Part shown: positions 48,147 to 59,704 of the stretch, one piece after another
Layout of the letters: the number at the start of each line of letters is the position of its first letter
Numbering within the stretch: the stretch's first letter is position 1
NCBI GenBank assembly: GCA_951406725.2
Contig: OX597819.1
Location: 124,744,001-124,808,000 of the forward strand
Direction of reading: 5' to 3'
DNA: 64,000 nt
Origin: Octopus vulgaris
Taxonomy: Eukaryota
Position numbers and translations under genes: made by a program
Notes under the pieces: generated by a model
What the model saw: the letters and a program-made list of their open reading frames with translations, nothing else
Databases searched by the model: none
What the model was told of the DNA's origin: nothing

Positions 48147-49492
48147 CGTTCAAATTCTGATCACACATATAACGAAGAAATTTATTTTTTTTATATATAT
48201 ATATTCAATAAGTTTGTTGTTAACTATTACTTTTGATTATGTGGCAGAATGTGGTTTTTTATAAGTTTATTAATGTTAATTTAACTTGTTGCTATTTTCG
48301 CATGAATTCTTTGACAAATTAAAAGTTAGAAATAAACATTCTGTTGCCTTAGATGGTAAAAACTAATCATCGTCTTTTTTTCCAAGTTTGTGCAAACGTA
48401 TAAGGACACCGTTTAGAAAACGTTCACATCAAAATAATTACCTAATTTTTAATGAAGTTCAAAGCTAATTGCGAAAATGGATGGCTTATCGTTTTAAAGT
48501 TAAAGATCATCAATGCTGGAGTTTTTTAATCGAAGATGTCAATCTCGGTTGATTGTTGCTAATATGTTCAGAGTACAAATCGTAATAAAAAAAGTTTATT
48601 TTTATTATACTTATCATACTGTCTAACTTTTCTGTTTTAACGTCTAATGGCCAAATGGTTAATATAATTAATTACTAGCTGTAAAGTATGGTCTATCCAT
48701 TTTTATATACATACATGTAGGTTTTTATAACAAATGATTCCGATTAATTAAAATGTCACAAGAAAGACATTAAAAAATTGTCTATTTTTCTATTTCTGGA
48801 AGCTGGTACAAATATTTATATAAATAGCATAACACCTATGTGGAGATACAGAGCTTTCTTCCCTAGTATGATCGATACTCGCCTTGTTGACTGACATTAT
48901 TTATTTTTATCATTCCCCCTCTTGACATACGAGGAATAAACTGGTTCCATCGATTCGGCAAACGTTTGCCAATTTCTTAAATCACACCATTTGCCCTTCA
49001 TACACATCTTGACCGACATTGTTTATTTATATTCTGTCGAAATTCCTCCCTTATACAATTCATTTTACCAATTAGCTGACATGAAACTGAACAGTTTCTT
49101 TCTTACCAGCTGTCTTATACTATCCTTTCCATCATCCTTTAACCTTGCATCTTCATCTATTCTCTCTCCATCATATCTCTAATAAACAGCCATTCGTTTC
49201 CCTCTTACGTTACCTTCTCGCTCCGTGTTATTTACGTCACGCTTTCATTTCACTTCGTCTTTCTCTCATCACGAACTTCTTGCACAGGTAGTCCTCGCTC
49301 CTAATCGTGTTTATCGACGACTGGCCTTAACCCCGCCTCTTTTAGCTTTTCCATGTTTCGTCGTCGCAGATGTATCAGTATCCGCCACTGTTTCGTGTAG
49401 TAACCACGTACACAAGAGCTACCGCCACTTTCTCTCTGCGATCGTCCATCAAACGTGTAGCAAAGCAGCTCGAAACAGCAACAATATTTGAT

Positions 49493-49567
49493 ATGGCGGG
49501 AGATTCAGATTGTTCCGCTCCGTTCCGTTGGCCTAAGGCTTTTCTATTCGGAGATTCAATTACCCAG
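49493..49567 (+). CDS. IAH1: Isoamyl acetate-hydrolysing esterase 1 homolog (SGNH/GDSL hydrolase), first coding exon
   Basis: MAGDSDCSAPFRWPKAFLFGDSITQ followed by CAG|GTAAGT. WP..LFGDSITQ is the IAH1 block I motif. Locally CpG-richer, repeat-free upstream region. No second exon identified in the window. Confidence 0.85.
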
Positions 49568-49738
49568 GTAAGTGCAACATGCTGTTTAGCAGCAATAACG
49601 CAAAAGCAACAAAATAACATGAGTTGTTTTATTTATTTATTTTTTTCAATTAGAAAAATGTGTTTAATTAGTTATATTTAGAAATGTTAAATATATTCTA
49701 ACCGACTTAATTAAAGGTTCTCGTTAGCAGTAATCATT

Positions 49739-49770
<32 letters not shown>

Positions 49771-51498
49771 AGGAGAGCCGTCGCGAATGAATGATGCTAT
49801 CGAGTCTCCGTATAAAAATTATAATTAAATATGAGTTTAATTAACACCTGTATGGTTAAAAAGGTGTGAAAGATGTTATGGAATTCGGGAAGCTCCCAAC
49901 GACCAGGATGCTGGGAGCATTTGGAGATACATGAATGTCACGACCTCTCGTTCCCTTCTAAATGTCATTTCTGTTCACGCCGGTATGAAAAACAACATAA
50001 AGTCGCCAGTTATATATTTATTTATACTATGGTTGTTTTAAATGTATCTCATCAGATTTACGGCCTGAACCGAAAGTATCATACCAAAACATTTTTGCTA
50101 ATAGAACATAACTATAAAGCTATTAATTTATGCCCTTACACGGCTGTTGATAGTCATTTTAAAGGTATACCGAAGTTGACATTTCTGTTTACCTAATTTG
50201 TTGAGACTAACCAATATAAATTCACAGACCGAACCAAAAACTATTCTTTTTCCTCAGTTTACAAAATACATCACTAAAAGATCAAAGATCATTTTCCTTT
50301 CACCGTTTAACAGACCAGTGTATTTGAAAACCAGGCGTCTAGTTTATGATGTATTGCTAAATGAGAATATATTTTCTTCGAACCAACGGCATTAATTTTG
50401 CAAAGATATTTAATGGGTTTTCTACAGGTTGAATATCCACTTCAACTCTTCCTTTTTCTTCGTTGTCGTTCATCAGGTTTTGGATCTAATTTTAGTTGTC
50501 AACGCATGAAGCTGTTGACATAACACTCCTTTCTTGAATGTCATGTCAAAATACTCGTCAATTATATAATGCTTCGGTGTAGAGTGACGAGGTGGAAGAT
50601 CTGTGTGAACTGCTGGACGAAATGCCTCAAACTATTTAGCTTTCATTTCCTATATGCTTTAAGTTCGAATCCCACATGGAAGAGACAACTTCATCACACA
50701 TTCTTACGAGATGATAAAGTATGTATGGATAGATTGACTACAGCTGCTTAACCTGTACATAAATTTTCCACGATACGTAATCAGTAATCAATAACCACAG
50801 TGCTTCTGATGCTTACATCGGTATGCGCTATTTCAATAACACCTATTCACGGTTAAGTGATTAGTTATTGAATACCGTTGCTCTAGACGGAACCCATGCA
50901 CCTTAAACAAGTTTTCCCACACTCACGGTTCTTATGAGCCTACCAGGGAACTTAGCACTCCTGTAACAGGAATGAACTATGAATGTATAAGAACATGTAA
51001 GAATGTATATGTGCTGACGGAAATTATCTCGGAAATAATTTTAAAACGTGATTAAACCAAATTTTAAGTGGCCTTTTGGAGGCAGTTGGTAATTTCAAAT
51101 TTGAGAAATGTTTGAGGAAAACTACCTTAGATAAAGGTTTTATATACTGGCTACAAAAACCGGAGCATCTCACATATGTGATGAGGCGAAGAAGTTCGAT
51201 TAACTTTAAATTCAATTTACGTTGTCCGTGCAATAAGTTGACAGGTATTTTTCCTCAGGTATATTGCTATTATTCGTAACAAGCGTTATATGAGTATACA
51301 CTAGTATACCCGTGTCATCAAAAATACCGACAATTTTATTAATGATAGAGAATGGTACATCAAAGCAATGGGGAGAAACCATTGATAAAAGTCAGCAATA
51401 GAATAAGTATATGTACACACACAGTATTGAAGCATGTGAACAATCAGATATAGTTGTAATATCTCTGCTGAAAATATTGTCGTCCACGTAATATATAT

Positions 51499-51548
<50 letters not shown>

Positions 51549-51830
51549 CATCATCATCATCATCCTTTAGCGTCCGCTTTCCATGCTAGCATGGGTTGGA
51601 CGGTTCAACTGGGGTCTGGGAAGCCAGAAGGCTGCACCAGGCCGAGTCTGATCTGGCAGTGTTTCTACAGCTGGATGCCCTTCCTAACGCCAACCACTCC
51701 GTGAGTGGCACAGGTAGTGGGTGCCAGACGAGGCTGGCAACGGCCAAATGGATGGTGCTTTTTACGTGCCACCGGCATGAGCCAGAACGTGCCACCGCAT
51801 CGGATGGTGCGGATGGTTTTACGTGCCAAT
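51549..51830 (-). mobile_element. RTE-clade LINE 3' UTR fragment
   Basis: (CAT)n then CGTCCGCTTTCCATGCTAGCATGGGTTGGAC...CTGGATGCCCTTCCTAACGCCAACC. Further copies at ~52405-52640, ~55775-55930, ~56198-56290 (+) and ~63288-63780. Confidence 0.82.
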
Positions 51831-52042
51831 ATATATATAATTATTATTTGAGGGAATATTATTCCTAACTTACAGGGTAAAATTCAATTTAGAAAAGCTA
51901 AATCAAATTTCATAAAATATAATATATATATATATAAAAATTAGAAAAAAAACACCTTTTATCAATTCAAATTTATATGTAATTTTCTAGATGGTGTAAT
52001 TTAATTGTTCATTTTGAATTGATAAAAGGTGGTTTTTTTCTA

Positions 52043-52083
<41 letters not shown>

Positions 52084-52679
52084 AAACATCCACTTTTTTG
52101 ATGCTCACATGAACGGACAGAATTTGTACTGCTGGGTACCTGTTGTCAGTCCTCATCTGTCTTCCGATTATGGTGATATTTCACAGAAGACTGGGAACAA
52201 AGGACATGGTGACATGCAATTACATCTATTACATGATGTCAAGTCAAGGAAACAGTAAAACAAACACAAATAAATATATAAATACATATATAAATACATA
52301 TATATGCTTTCGAAAGCCTTCTTTTTTCTGTCGGGGGCTTATCTGCCCCTTTATTAGACTATTTTCCTTAGTCATTGCATGATCGCCATAAGCTGTAAGC
52401 TTATATCATCATCATCATCATCGTTTAATGTCCGCTTTCCATGCTAGCATGGGTTGGACAGTTCGAACGGGGTCTGGGAAGCCATGGAGGCTGCATCAGG
52501 CTCCAGTCTGATCTGGCAGTGTTTCTACAGCTGGATGCCCTTCCTAACGCCAACCACTCCGTGAGTGTAGTGGGTGCTTTTTACGTGCCACCGGCACAGG
52601 TGCCAGGCGAGGCTGGCAACGGCTACGATCGGTTGGTGCACTACAGCCTGCGTATACAGGACCCAAAGGCACTGCAATC

Positions 52680-53770
52680 CCAGAGTCATAGGCAGTGAAA
52701 GACAGGGGATCAGTATGTGAAATGATGCATCATTTCATATGCTCATTACCAAGATGGCAGCAGAGTGCAGACAACTGGCAGGATGGATACTAAAGTCCTT
52801 CAAGACAAGAAATCAAGAAGTTATATTGACTGTGTGGAGGACCTTTGTTCTCAGCCACCTGGACTACCGCTCTCAACTCTTGTCACCACATAATACCAAA
52901 CTAACCGTGGAGCTTGAAGCAGCCCAGCATCACTACACTAAAAATAGTGAAATGGTGTAGCAGATGAGCTACAGAGAGAGACTGAAAAAAGTACGACTTT
53001 GGTCCCCGGAGAGAAGGCACAACAGATATGTAATAATCTATATATGGAAAACTCTAGAGGGGCTGGTACCTAATTTCGGCATTGAATGTTATACAAATGC
53101 CAGAACAGGATTCCCTTGTATTGTACGAAAGGTATCATCCACTCCATCTAGATTCAAGAACAGGTACTGCAATAGCCTAGGGTTCAAGGGCCCACAGCTC
53201 TTCAATGCCCTACCACAAAAATTAAGAAACCTACATAATATGTATACTCTTTTACTTGTTTCAGTCATTTGACTGTGGCCATGCTGGAGCACCACCTTTA
53301 ATCGAGCAACTCGACCCCGGGACTTCTTTTGTAAGCCCAGTATTTATTCTATCGGTCTCTTTTGCCGAACTGCTAAGTAACGGGGACATAAACACACCAG
53401 CATTGGTTGTCAAGCAATGCTAGGGGGGACAAACACACATATATATATACGATGGGCTTCTTTCAGTTTCCGTCTACCAAATCCACTCACAAGGCTTTGG
53501 TTGGCCCGAGGCTATAGGAGAAGACACTTGCCCAAGGTGCCACACAGTGGGACTGAACCCGGAACCATGTGGTTGGTAAGCAAGCTACTTACCACACAGC
53601 CACTCCTGCGCCATATGTATGTAGATGTCTTCAAAAGGAACTAGACACTTTCCTCTCAATATTGGATGAGCCTCTGGCTCGGCATGAGGTACAGACGAAG
53701 ACAGCGGAGCCGAACTCTCTCATACACCAAATGGGCGAATAGCTGGAAAGAAAGGCAAATACAGGAGTGG
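52680..53770 (+). mobile_element. CR1-like LINE 3' fragment interrupted by a SINE
   Basis: LSHLDY.SQL.SP, SYRERLK...SPERR..RY.IIYIWK.LEGLVPN and GPQLFNALP..LRNL|VDVFKRKLD motifs. A related copy lies at ~57260-57580 (-). Confidence 0.8.
53244..53612 (-). mobile_element. SINE family B
   Basis: Full match; flanked by ATATGTA repeats. Confidence 0.9.
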
Positions 53771-53920
53771 TGGTGTGAAACACCTGCACACTGAGGATAT
53801 CACCTGAAGGATAATCACAGGTAAGAGTGCAAAAGTACAGTGGTGGTAGAGTATGACTGCAGCCGCAAGGCTGAAAAGAATAAAGGAATAAAAGAAAAGA
53901 ATGCGTGTGTGTATATATAT

Positions 53921-55218
53921 ATCATCATCATCATCATCATCATCATTTAGCATCCGTCTTCCATGCTAGCATGGGTTGGACGGTTCAACTGGGGTCTGTG
54001 AAGCTGGAAGGCTTCATCAGGCCCAGTCAGATCTGGCAGTGTTTCTACGGCTGGATGCCCTTCCTAACGCCAACCACTCCGTGAGTGTAGTGGGTGCTTT
54101 TTACGTGCCACCTGCACAGGTGCCAAACAGAGCTAGCAAACGGCCACAAACGGATGGTGCTTTTACGTGTCACCGGCACGGGGGCCAGGCGAGGCTGGCA
54201 ACGGACACGAACGGATGGTGCTTTTACGTGTCACCAGCACGGGGGCCAGACAGAGCTGGCAAATGGACACGAACGGATGGTGCTTTTACATGCCACCGAC
54301 ACGGGGGCCAGACGGAGCTGGCAACGGACACGAACGGATGGTGCTTTTACGTGCCACCGACACGGGGGCCAGACAGAGCTGGCAAATGGACACGAACGGA
54401 TGGTGCTTTTACGTGCCACCGACACGGGGGCCAGACAGAGCTAGCAAACGGCCACAAACGGATGGTGCTTTTACGTGTCACCGGCACGGGGGCCAGGCGA
54501 GGCTGGCAATGGACACGAACGGATGGTGCTTTTACGTGCCACCGACACGGGGGCCAGACAGAGCTGGCAAATGGACACGAACGGATGGTGCTTTTACGTG
54601 CCACCGACACGGGGGCCAGACGGAGCTGGCAAACGGCCACGAATGGATGGTGCTTTTACGTGTCACCTGCACGGGGGCCAGGCGAGGCTGGCAACGGACA
54701 CGAACGGATGGTGCTTTTACGTGCCATCGACACGGAGGCTAGACGGGGCGGCGCCGGCAACGACCACGATCGGATGGTTCGCTTAACCACAGCTGCAATT
54801 CCCACTGATGTTGATCGACCTCAATTTGGTTCTGCTTTCTGATATATGAATTGATTTGGTTTGATTTTGATTTTGACTGTTCTCACTGGTCTTGCCGGGT
54901 TTTCTCACGCACAGCATACTTCCAAAGGTCTCGGTCTCTGGTCATTTCCTTGGTGAGACCTAAAGTTCGAAGGTCGTGCTTCACCACCTCGACCCAGGTT
55001 TTCCTGGGTCTACTTCTTCCACAGGTCCCCTCAACTGCCAGGGTGTGGCACTTTCGCACACAACTATCTTCAGCCATTCTCATCACATGACCATACCAGC
55101 GCAAACGTCTCTCTTGCACACAACAACTGATGCTTCTTAGGTTCAACTTTTCTCTCAAGGTACTTACACTCTGTCGATTATGAACACTGACGTTACACAT
55201 CCATCGGAGCATACTAGC

Positions 55219-55222
<4 letters not shown>
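53921..55222 (-). mobile_element. RTE-clade LINE 3' portion
   Basis: MLRWMCNV...ERRLRWYGHVMRM...GRSRPRKTW.EVVKHDL ORF end, 3' UTR and (GAT)n tail. Confidence 0.9.
54093..54780. repeat. ~58-59-bp GC-rich minisatellite inside the LINE 3' UTR (~11-12 units)
   Basis: Unit GGATGGTGCTTTTACGTGCCACCGACACGGGGGCCAGACAGAGCTGGCAAATGGACACGAAC with variants. Confidence 0.93.
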
Positions 55223-55266
<44 letters not shown>

Positions 55267-55267
<1 letters not shown>

Positions 55268-55684
55268 CTTTATATATATAAAACTGAGAATGTGTGTCTG
55301 TCTGTCTGTCTGTGTGTTTCCCTAAAACTTGAGAACTACACAACCAATTTCATTCAAATTTTACACATGCCTTATTTAGGGTCCGAGGAGTGTCATCATC
55401 AAAAAAAATTTTTAATGCCCCCCCCCGAAGCAGAGATAGGCTGGATTGTAGCCACACTTCTATACAAGAGGGAGAACAAGATACAATTGATCGAAATTAC
55501 AAAAGACGGGCTAACAGTTCCAGTCTGTTATATATTTTGAGTATTGTTATCACTAGCGATATCAAGATATAACTTTGTATTTTGTATTTTATGTGTAGAT
55601 GTACATGTAATATGTACACATATATATACACATATATACATGCACTAGCACTATGACCCGGCAACGACGGGTCTTTAATGCTAG
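55267..55684 (+). mobile_element. Non-autonomous Helitron (family H2)
   Basis: A|TC start; hairpin GACCCG-GCAACGA-CGGGTC then CTAG|T. Confidence 0.75.
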
Positions 55685-55965
55685 TATATATATATATAGT
55701 AGGTACTGTAAATTTAGAGTGAATACTAGATAAGTATATGCCACATAGTGGCAGAAGTGAGAGAATATATCAAATCATCATCATCATTTAGCGTCTATTT
55801 TCCATGCTAGCATGGGTTGGACGGTATAACTGGGGTCTGTCAGATTTGGCAGTGTTTCTACGGCTGGGTGCCCTTCCTAACGCCAACCACTCCTTGAGTG
55901 TAGTGGGTGCTTTTTACGTGCCACCTGCACAAATATAAATTAAAAAGCAGAACACAAAGGATATC

Positions 55966-56056
55966 GAGGTACATGTGTTTCAAGCTTTATAAATAATCCG
56001 TTATTACATCAGTGTATTATTGATATAAAAGATGGTTTAAAGCTCTCTTCAGCCGC
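55966..56056 (-). ncRNA. Degenerate hammerhead ribozyme
   Basis: gcgg-CTGAAGA-gagcttta...taaagctt-GAAA-cacatg-TA-cctc. Confidence 0.55.
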
Positions 56057-56376
56057 AAACATTGTTAGTCCAAAGATTGCATCACAATATAAAAGGTACA
56101 CGTAGTATTACCCATTATAATAGGTTTATCATATTTCCTTGAAAAAGTATATTTGTATAATTGTATAAACGTATAATGATTCATTGGATTTCAAAAATGA
56201 GCCTGGTGCAGCCCCTGGCTTCCCAGACCCTGCTCGAACCGTCCAACCCATGCTAGCGTGGAAAACGGACATTAAACGATGATGATGATTATACCACCAT
56301 TCAGCATAGAGTGAATGTTAAATAGATTGGATTGAGTTTATATTTAATTCGCTTGTATAAGATAGAAAGAAAAAAA

Positions 56377-56950
56377 TAGAAAGAAAAAATAAAAGTTAAA
56401 ACATAAAATAAAAAATAAAAGTAATAGAAGCAAAGGACAAAAATAATAAAAGTAAAAATAAGGATAATAAAGTTAGATACACATATAAATAAGATTTAGC
56501 AAAACTGGAATAAATTAACAAAAGAAATAAAAACAAAAGAAGTAGAGTAAGAGATAAAGAGATAAGATACTAAAGAGTGCTGAGAATAAGATTTTGGCTT
56601 TGATGAGATGGTAGTGGTCATAAATAAAACCTTATTTTGACCACTCATTGAAATATAGATTAAGCACAACGATATCAAATTACAACCTTAATCTATATTT
56701 CAAAATAAGGTATTATTTACAACCACTACCATCCAGTCAAAGACAAAATCTTATTCTCAGCACTCTTTAGTATCTTATCTCTTTGTCTCTTACTCTACTT
56801 CATGTTCTTATTTCTTTTGTTAATTTATTCCAATTTGCTAAATCTTATTTATATGTGTATCTAAACTTTATTATCCTTATTTTTGCTTTTATTACTCTTG
56901 TCCTTTGCTTCTATTACTTTTATTTTATTTTTTAACTTTTTTTTTTCTAT
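56377..56950. repeat. Long imperfect inverted repeat (~280-bp arms, ~20-nt loop)
   Basis: 56377-56664 is the reverse complement of 56687-56950 with scattered mismatches and one small indel. Confidence 0.9.
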
Positions 56951-56962
56951 TATATATATATA

Positions 56963-57184
56963 TTGGTTGGTTGGCATCCTTTTTGTCTCGGGAGACAATG
57001 GAGTTGCGCATAAAGTAGTCTAGTCCGGCTTTTACATTTCATGTCCTGATACATTTCCTGCTGTGGCTGTGTAGTCCTATCCTGGACAAACACTCCCTCT
57101 GGCAGGTACCGCAAATGTAGCGAAGACTGTTTCTGGCTGGTTGTAATGCCATAGTTTCTTGTTGACGTCTTTTCTTGTCTTTCC

Positions 57185-57191
<7 letters not shown>
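56963..57191 (-). mobile_element. RTE/BovB-like LINE 3' end, same family as 3462-6188
   Basis: Reverse complement of ~5960-6188. Confidence 0.9.
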
Positions 57192-57245
<54 letters not shown>

Positions 57246-57579
57246 AATATTTTTTTTTCTGTAGTTTCAGCTCAGAGCTATGGCCATGCTGATGCATCGC
57301 TGTTTTGCTACACTGTGAGAGCCTCCTTTAATATGTGGCACTTGGTGAAGAATCATGATTGATGTAGCTACACTCATTTGCATTTCTTGCCATGTGGTAG
57401 CTTCATCTGAGACTCTCGACAGGAAGAGGTCAAACTTTGATTTAAAAACGCTTATATCTACTTTGTGCAGGTTTCTCGGACTCTTTGGGAGAATATTAAA
57501 AAGGTGTGGGTCCCTGAAACCTAGGCTGTTGCAGTAACTGGTCCTTAGGCGCGATGGTGTTGCTGGGATCTTTAGCACA

Positions 57580-57852
57580 AATAGGACGAAGACCAGCCTG
57601 GTAAAATATATCTAAGAATTAAAAGAAAAAGAAGCCCGACCTTTCAATGTGACATCGAGTATTTTGGATAGAGCTGCACCTTACAGGCATGGTGCACATA
57701 AAAGACCCATCAAATGTGATTTATGCCTGCTGGAAAAATATTTCATTTTATTCCAGAACAATAACTCTTTAAATCAAAGACGCGAACTCTTGAATTCCTG
57801 CAGACACGCAGGTAAATTTAAAATGTCGGCTAGCAATATACCATATGGATAG
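57580..57852 (+). mobile_element. Penelope-like GIY-YIG C-terminal fragment
   Basis: TSLVKYI.ELK...ILDRAAPY...CDLCLLEKYFIL...LNQRRELLNSCRHAGKF. Confidence 0.78.
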
Positions 57853-58597
57853 TGTACATTTTTGATTTTTGGACTAGTTTTTATTCCCACTGTTAGATTT
57901 GTTTCTTATTATGCATGATTTATTCCGTATCGCAAAGTTATTGTACATATTTCGGCAGATTACTTAAAGAAAACCTCCGACTGTTATATACAAATATTAT
58001 TTTCTTGTTTATCATTCTGCTTTTATTTTATTTCGTTTTATTGTATTTTATAAACCCATTTTAATTGTTTAATTTATAGATAATTCGATATAGGGTGTTC
58101 TATTTTGCATGTCTTTTATCCGAATTTTATTATTATACACTCAGCAATTTTTAAAAATAATGTTGTTTGTATATATACGTCAGGACCTAGACATATTTTT
58201 ATGTAGATATTTGTATTGTTGGCATGCATATGTATTCGTATGTATGCGCCTATGTATATGTGTAAGTAAGCATATATGTTTATACTTGTGCACATACATA
58301 CATGGATGTATATGTATGCATGTATTCACTTGGATTTGTGTGGCTGTGTATTTACGTACTTATTTCCATATATTTATGGAAAGAAAAAGAAAATATATGG
58401 AGTTCCTGGAAGTGGATGCCAAATGAAAAAGATATTAAATTTGTAACTGTATGAAAAATTAAACTCAAAAAAGGGAGGTGGGGGTGGTGTAAAAATTATT
58501 GTTAATAAAAATAAATAAAACTACACTTCTTTAGAAAAAAAAACTTGAAAGGAGAGATGTTATAGGGATAATAATAATAATAATAATAATAATAAAC

Positions 58598-58945
58598 TAA
58601 AACAATATCTATTGTCATAGGTGCCCTGGGAATGATAGCAAAAGGGGATGATTGCTACCTAACTCAGATACCAGGAAACCCAAAAATGGCAGAAATTCGA
58701 AAGATAGTGCTCATGGGAACTGCTCATATCCTACACAAAATACTTTCTATGTAATCTCAAGTTTTAAAACAAACATAATTTTCGTATGGTTTTTTTAGAC
58801 ATTCACTTGTACAACACTAAGTACAAAACCATATATATGGCACACTAGGCATAACACCAACATAAACTTCCAACCTGTTGTCTCTTGAGGTCTCTGGGTG
58901 AGACTTGGAGCCAACTTGTACAAATGTAAAACAAAAGTCAAACAG
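58598..58945 (+). mobile_element. R4/Dong-type LINE 3' end inserted in (TAA)n
   Basis: SIVIGALGMI...IRKIVLMGTAHILHKILSM* restriction-like endonuclease C-terminus; (TAA)n on both sides. Confidence 0.8.
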
Positions 58946-59472
58946 AATAATAATAATAAAAATAATAATAATAATAATGGAACACCCCTCCCACATGACA
59001 AGTGGTATGTGATAGTTGTTATAAATTCTGTGACGTAGGAAGTTGAGTCATCAAGTAAGTTGGCAAAGTCGGTCATAGTCATGTCTTTACTTGTCTAACT
59101 AACTATACTGCTATATTGAAGTTGGCTTTATATACAGTCTGGTGTTGGATTACGGCATTTACATACTTGTTTTGGGGCTTTTTGTTTTTACTTCTCTCCT
59201 ACAAGTTTGCTATAAGTTACAGATGTTGTTAATGCCTTCAGTTTATGTTTTTAATATTTAAAGCAAGAAATTAGTTTACACATTTTGTTTGCTTTTTGAT
59301 CTCCATCTACATGCAACTCTGAGAAAGGTATCAGGTGGTCGTGGGATGAGCTAAAATCAACAGCTAAATATCCCTTAAATCAAACACCTTTTCGTTTAAA
59401 AATCATCATCATCATTTAATATCCGTTGTCCATGCTGGCATGAGTTGGACTGTTTGACTGATTATACTTGGA

Positions 59473-59704
59473 AGGCAGCGAGCTGGCAGAAACGTTAGCA
59501 TGCCGGGCGAAATGCTTTGTGGTATTTCGTCTGCCGCTACGTTCTGAGATCAAATTCTACCGAGGTTTACTTTGCCTTTCATCCTTTCGGGGTCGATTAA
59601 ATAAGTACCAATTACGCACTGGGGTCGATATAATCAACTTAATCCGTTTGTCTGTCCTTGTTTGTCCCCTTTGTGTTTAGCCCCTTGTGGGTAGTAAAGA
59701 AATA
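59473..59704 (+). mobile_element. SINE family A
   Basis: Full unit. Another, 5'-clipped copy lies at ~62590-62755. Confidence 0.88.

Noticed and set aside
50428-50477. AG...GT-bounded segment as IAH1 exon 2
   Set aside because: The translation does not resemble the conserved IAH1 sequence following GDSITQ.
53976-54842. 288-aa repetitive ORF and CRISPR-like periodicity
   Set aside because: Minisatellite in a LINE 3' UTR. There are no unique spacers and no cas genes, and the context is eukaryotic.
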